From Mantamonas sphyraenae STR306 (lineage: Eukaryota > Protista > CRuMs): 64,000 bases of DNA. The translations under genes were made by a program, and so were the position numbers. The notes beneath the pieces were generated by a model. It was given only the letters and a program-made list of their open reading frames with translations, was not told the origin of the DNA and ran no database searches. Of the stretch, positions 60,591-64,000 are shown in pieces (the first letter of the stretch is position 1; each line of letters starts with the position of its first letter). The DNA lies in assembly GCA_026936335.1 (NCBI GenBank), contig JAPMXV010000023.1, positions 124,001-188,000 of the forward strand. Direction: 5' to 3'.

Positions 60591-63500
60591 CTACGCCGTG
60601 CTGGTGGAGCTGTTGCTGTTGATGAGGCGCGAAATACCTGTGCCGACGCCCGAGGCGGCAAGGGTGATCATGCTCTTGATAAAGGCGTCGTTGACCTCAA
60701 AACCAAGGACTTTGAAGTTCATGCGCACGCCGCGGAGGACAATGATGAGGTTGTTGAGCATGTTTGCGACCTCGCGGGAGTACTGGCGCTGCTGGATGGA
60801 CAGTTGCGGGTTGACAACCTCGAGGTTGGCGTCCCACTGGCGGTCGCTGATGACCATCTCATGACCCTTGAGGAGACGGTTGATTTCAGCGCCGACGAGG
60901 ATGGTGCGGATGAGGAAGGAACTGAGGACAGCGGCGTCGTAGATCAGCTTTTGCACAAAGAGGGAGTTGATGGCGAGGCCCGAGGTGGGAAACACAAGGC
61001 CGAGAATCATAAAGACAAGGATGCCAATGTCGGCGAGGAGGACAAAGGAAAGAATGACCTCTTGCCAGCGCAGCTCGACGATTTTGTAGGCAAGAAAGAA
61101 CTTGCGGATGCGCATCCAGGCGCTGATGTTGCGGAGGTTGAGGAGGTTGAGGAACGGGATGGAGTCCTTGGTGCAGTACTCGATGGAGGAGCAGTGGGAA
61201 AACAGGAGGATGCGGTTGCGGCGTGCGAGAAAGAGCATCTCGGAGCGCAGCACGACAAAGAGGAGCATAAAGAAGAGGAGGTAGTCGAGGAGGATGGAGC
61301 CGAGCATGATGAACTGGAAGAGCGGATCTTCAGTGCCGAGGAAGCTGCCGCCGCGGGCGATGCGAGTGATGGGAATCATGAGGGCGTGAGGAAGAGCCCA
61401 GAAGAGACTCTTGTAGATTTGCGTGCGCTTTGCGTCTTGGATCATGTCGAGGGCACGGTCATTGATATGCTCGACAATGTCGCGGCATGTGTCGATGCCA
61501 GGTGTGCTGTCGACCTCGACGTCGCCGAGATCTTCGAGCTCACGTTCTCCGACGCCCTGCTCGTCTTCGGAGGCGAGCATGGTGGCACAGATGATGCTGA
61601 CCATGAGATAGATGGTGAGTGGGGCGTATACCTGGACGGTGGCGGAGCCGTCGAGGGTGGAGGCAGTGGTGTCGCTGAGAGCAAAGATGAGAGGGACGAC
61701 GATGAGGATGAGGTAGGATGGGAGCATGAGGAAGAGCCAGGCGAGGGCGGCGACAAGTCGGTTGGAGCGGATGGTGCGTGTGATGTCGGGACCAGTCATG
61801 GCGTAGAAGAACATCTTGACAGGCTGGAGGCGGTTGAAGTAGCGGCTGAGAGGGAGGGTGAAGGGCAGAAAGAGAAATGCGGCGAGAAAGACGCCAAACT
61901 CGGTGGGGGAAAAGGTGACACGTTCCTTCTTGTTGACCCAGTTGCGCATGCGAATGATGTTTTCAGGGTGGAAGAGAAGCTGCATGTTTTCCCAGAGCTC
62001 GCCAGTTTCCTCGTCGCCCGAGGCGAGGATGCGCATAAGGTTGACAAACTCGTCCTCTTCGATGGTGTTGTCGTGGTCCTGGTCGGCTGTGGCAAAGATG
62101 CGCACGAGCTGCTCGTTGCTCATTTCGATGCCAAGGAATGCGACGACGTTTGCGAGGTCGTCGAGGTCGATTTCGCCCGTGCCGTTTGCGTCAAAGAGGT
62201 GAAAGGCCTCGCGGACATCGTCTTCTTTCTCTTGGGAAAAGTGAAAGGTGCTGTGAGCGGAGGAGAGGAGGTCGACGCCAGCCTCTTTGCTTTGGCGGAG
62301 CTGGTTTGCGCGGAGCCGCAGCTTGGAGCTGGCAGACATGACGGGGAACAGGGAGTGGGACTGCTTCTTGGAGATGGAAGGGGGATGGGGCGGAGCGGAG
62401 TGGAGTTGCAGAGGCGGACTGAGGCGTGTGGGGAGCGTGGCACCCGGGGTGATGTGTGCGTGGGCCTCGGAAAAGGTGAGGCTTGCGTTGTGGGACGGGA
62501 TCATGGTGCTCTCGAGGGGCGAGCGGTCGCGAGGAGAGGTCGGGGCACGTCGCAGCTTGGCGTGTGCTGAGCTGAGGTGAGTTGGGAACTGGATGGCATG
62601 GTGTTGGGGATGATGTGGGGCTGCGGCTGTGGAGATGGGCTGCGGGACGGGGACGGGGAGCGTTCACGGGGCTCGGGTAGTTGGACAACGCGGATCTTGT
62701 CGCGAGAGACGAGCTTCTGGGAGGCACCCTTGCGCCATTGGATGAGATAGAGGTCACGGTCAACGTCGTAGCTGAGGATGATACAATCGCGCCATTTGGT
62801 CTTGCCCGAGTTGGAGGTGTAGGGGCTCTTGGCAAGGGTGTCACGAGGAAGTGGATGGATGTCTTGATAGCGTGTGTCGTGGGAGCGTGCGGCGGCGTCG
62901 AGGTTGCGAGCTCGGGAGGCGGCGGCAGCGGCTGGCGGAAGCGTGGACCTTTGGGAGAGGCGTTTGTTGGAGGCAGAGCGAGAGGTGGAGTTGCTGTTCT
63001 GTACAGGGGAGGCGCCGGCGAGGGACTTGCGGATGGGACCGGCAGAGCGGCGTGGAGGACCGCCGGTGGTGTTGCTGCGGAGGGGCGGCATGGAGTTGCG
63101 TTGACCCGGCTGTGCGTCGGAGAGCGTGGCATGTGCGCGAAAGTCGGCTGAGGAGTGTCGATTGGCGTGCGTGGTTGTGCGGGAGAGTGGGCCGTTTGGA
63201 GAATCGCGAGAGCGTTGAGGGCCGGAACGACGCGGTGGACGACGGTCGGAGGGTTGGGTGTCGTCGACATCATCGTCATCCTCGTCCTCTTCATCCGCCT
63301 GGTCGTCGTCGACGTAGTTGTGGTAGTCGTCGCCGTCGTAGTCGTAGTCTTGTGTGGCCCGGGTTTCGGGTGTCCGTTGGCGAACGTTGTGTGCGCGCGG
63401 GGCGGCCATCATGGCACGTTCGGCATTGTGAAGCTGCTCGGCGTCGTACTCTGAGTAGGGATCGTCGTCCTGGGAGGGCTGTGTGAGGATGTCGTTCTGC

Positions 63501-63649
63501 TCTGCGTCGTCGTCGTCGTCGTCGTAGTCGTCGTCGTCTTCTCCCCGTTGCAGCTGAGGCTCGCTAACGGCATGGTGTGTTCGCGAGAGCTGGGGTGAGT
63601 CTAGCGAAGAGCCACGGTGGGGTTGAATGGGCCGGAGCTTTCGGTGCAT
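60591..63649 (-). CDS. PHTF-like multi-pass (7TM ion channel superfamily-like) protein with EF-hand pair and upstream Tudor/SH3-like segment; apparent -1 frameshift between ~62500 and ~62700
   Basis: EF loops DANGTGEIDLDD and DQDHDNTIEEDE; about 7 TM segments; IPFLNLLNLRNISAWMRIRKFF and terminal FKVLGFEVN..ITLAASGV resemble PHTF; fusion to the upstream ORF is inferred. Confidence 0.6.
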
Positions 63650-63808
63650 GGATGGTAGGGTGAGGGTTGGGTGGGTGCGGGCAAGACGGACGCGTGGGCT
63701 GGGCGTCGGGCCAGCCAACGAGACGCAGGAGCAGGTGAGTGGAAGCGGTCGTGCTGAGGTGGAGAGGATCCAGGGGGCGCTGACACAGACACACAGCTGG
63801 CAGCAGGG

Positions 63809-64000
63809 ATGTGGGTCAAGAAGCTTCGGGAACAGTGGACGAAAGAGCAATCACGAAGCAGTCTGCAGATCAAAGAGACGCTGCAGGACGATGAGGCAGA
63901 GGAGGAGCCGAAGAAGGAGAAGGAAGAAGAGGAAGTGAGAAAGAAAGACGCCGATGTGGATGGCGGTGCTAAGGAAGGCGCAGAGAGCACGGGCGAGGAG
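63809..64000 (+). CDS. 5' fragment of a charged protein running off the window
   Basis: ATG TGG GTC AAG... open to the window end (MWVKKLREQWTKEQ...EEEPKKEKEEEE); GT-AG intron with CTGAC branch site just upstream. Confidence 0.4.
   Translation, partial: MWVKKLREQWTKEQSRSSLQIKETLQDDEAEEEPKKEKEEEEVRKKDADVDGGAKEGAESTGEE

Noticed and set aside
29251-62504. General TGA reassignment, since several broken ORFs end at TGA
   Set aside because: The continuations are in a different frame and most intact genes end in TGA; only the TrxR TGA fits Sec recoding

Overview
Gene-dense eukaryotic (protist-like) nuclear DNA, GC-rich, with short GT-AG introns and very small intergenic gaps; a CFAP53-like gene suggests a flagellated cell. 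About 35 protein-coding genes can be reconstructed by hand, including beta-lactamase-family hydrolase, multi-Frizzled-CRD membrane protein, DA1-like peptidase, mitochondrially targeted MDH, selenoprotein thioredoxin reductase (GC-UGA-G plus SECIS), uL1/RPL10A x2, LRR-ankyrin paralogues x2, UEV1/MMS2, GTPBP2, DDX31, SPC25 x2, AAGAB, GH18, RING E3, F-box/LRR, kinase, two-pore channel, VPS9, NT5DC, Y14, UTP14, XRN2, WDR13 and a PHTF/7TM-ion-channel-like protein with EF-hands. The most unusual structure is two adjacent gene-containing inverted repeats (8961-10540 vs 17554-19132, and ~21900-23059 vs 25055-~26225), each enclosing a potentially invertible spacer. The first has a diverged pair of LRR-ANK-(C-terminal F-box-like) genes just inside its arms, and its left arm points a duplicated DDX31 start antisense over the TrxR SECIS. 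Five genes are each broken by one missing base (all -1), most likely read errors. No tRNA, rRNA, CRISPR array or recognisable transposase was seen. All assignments are from motif recognition by eye; no database searches were run.
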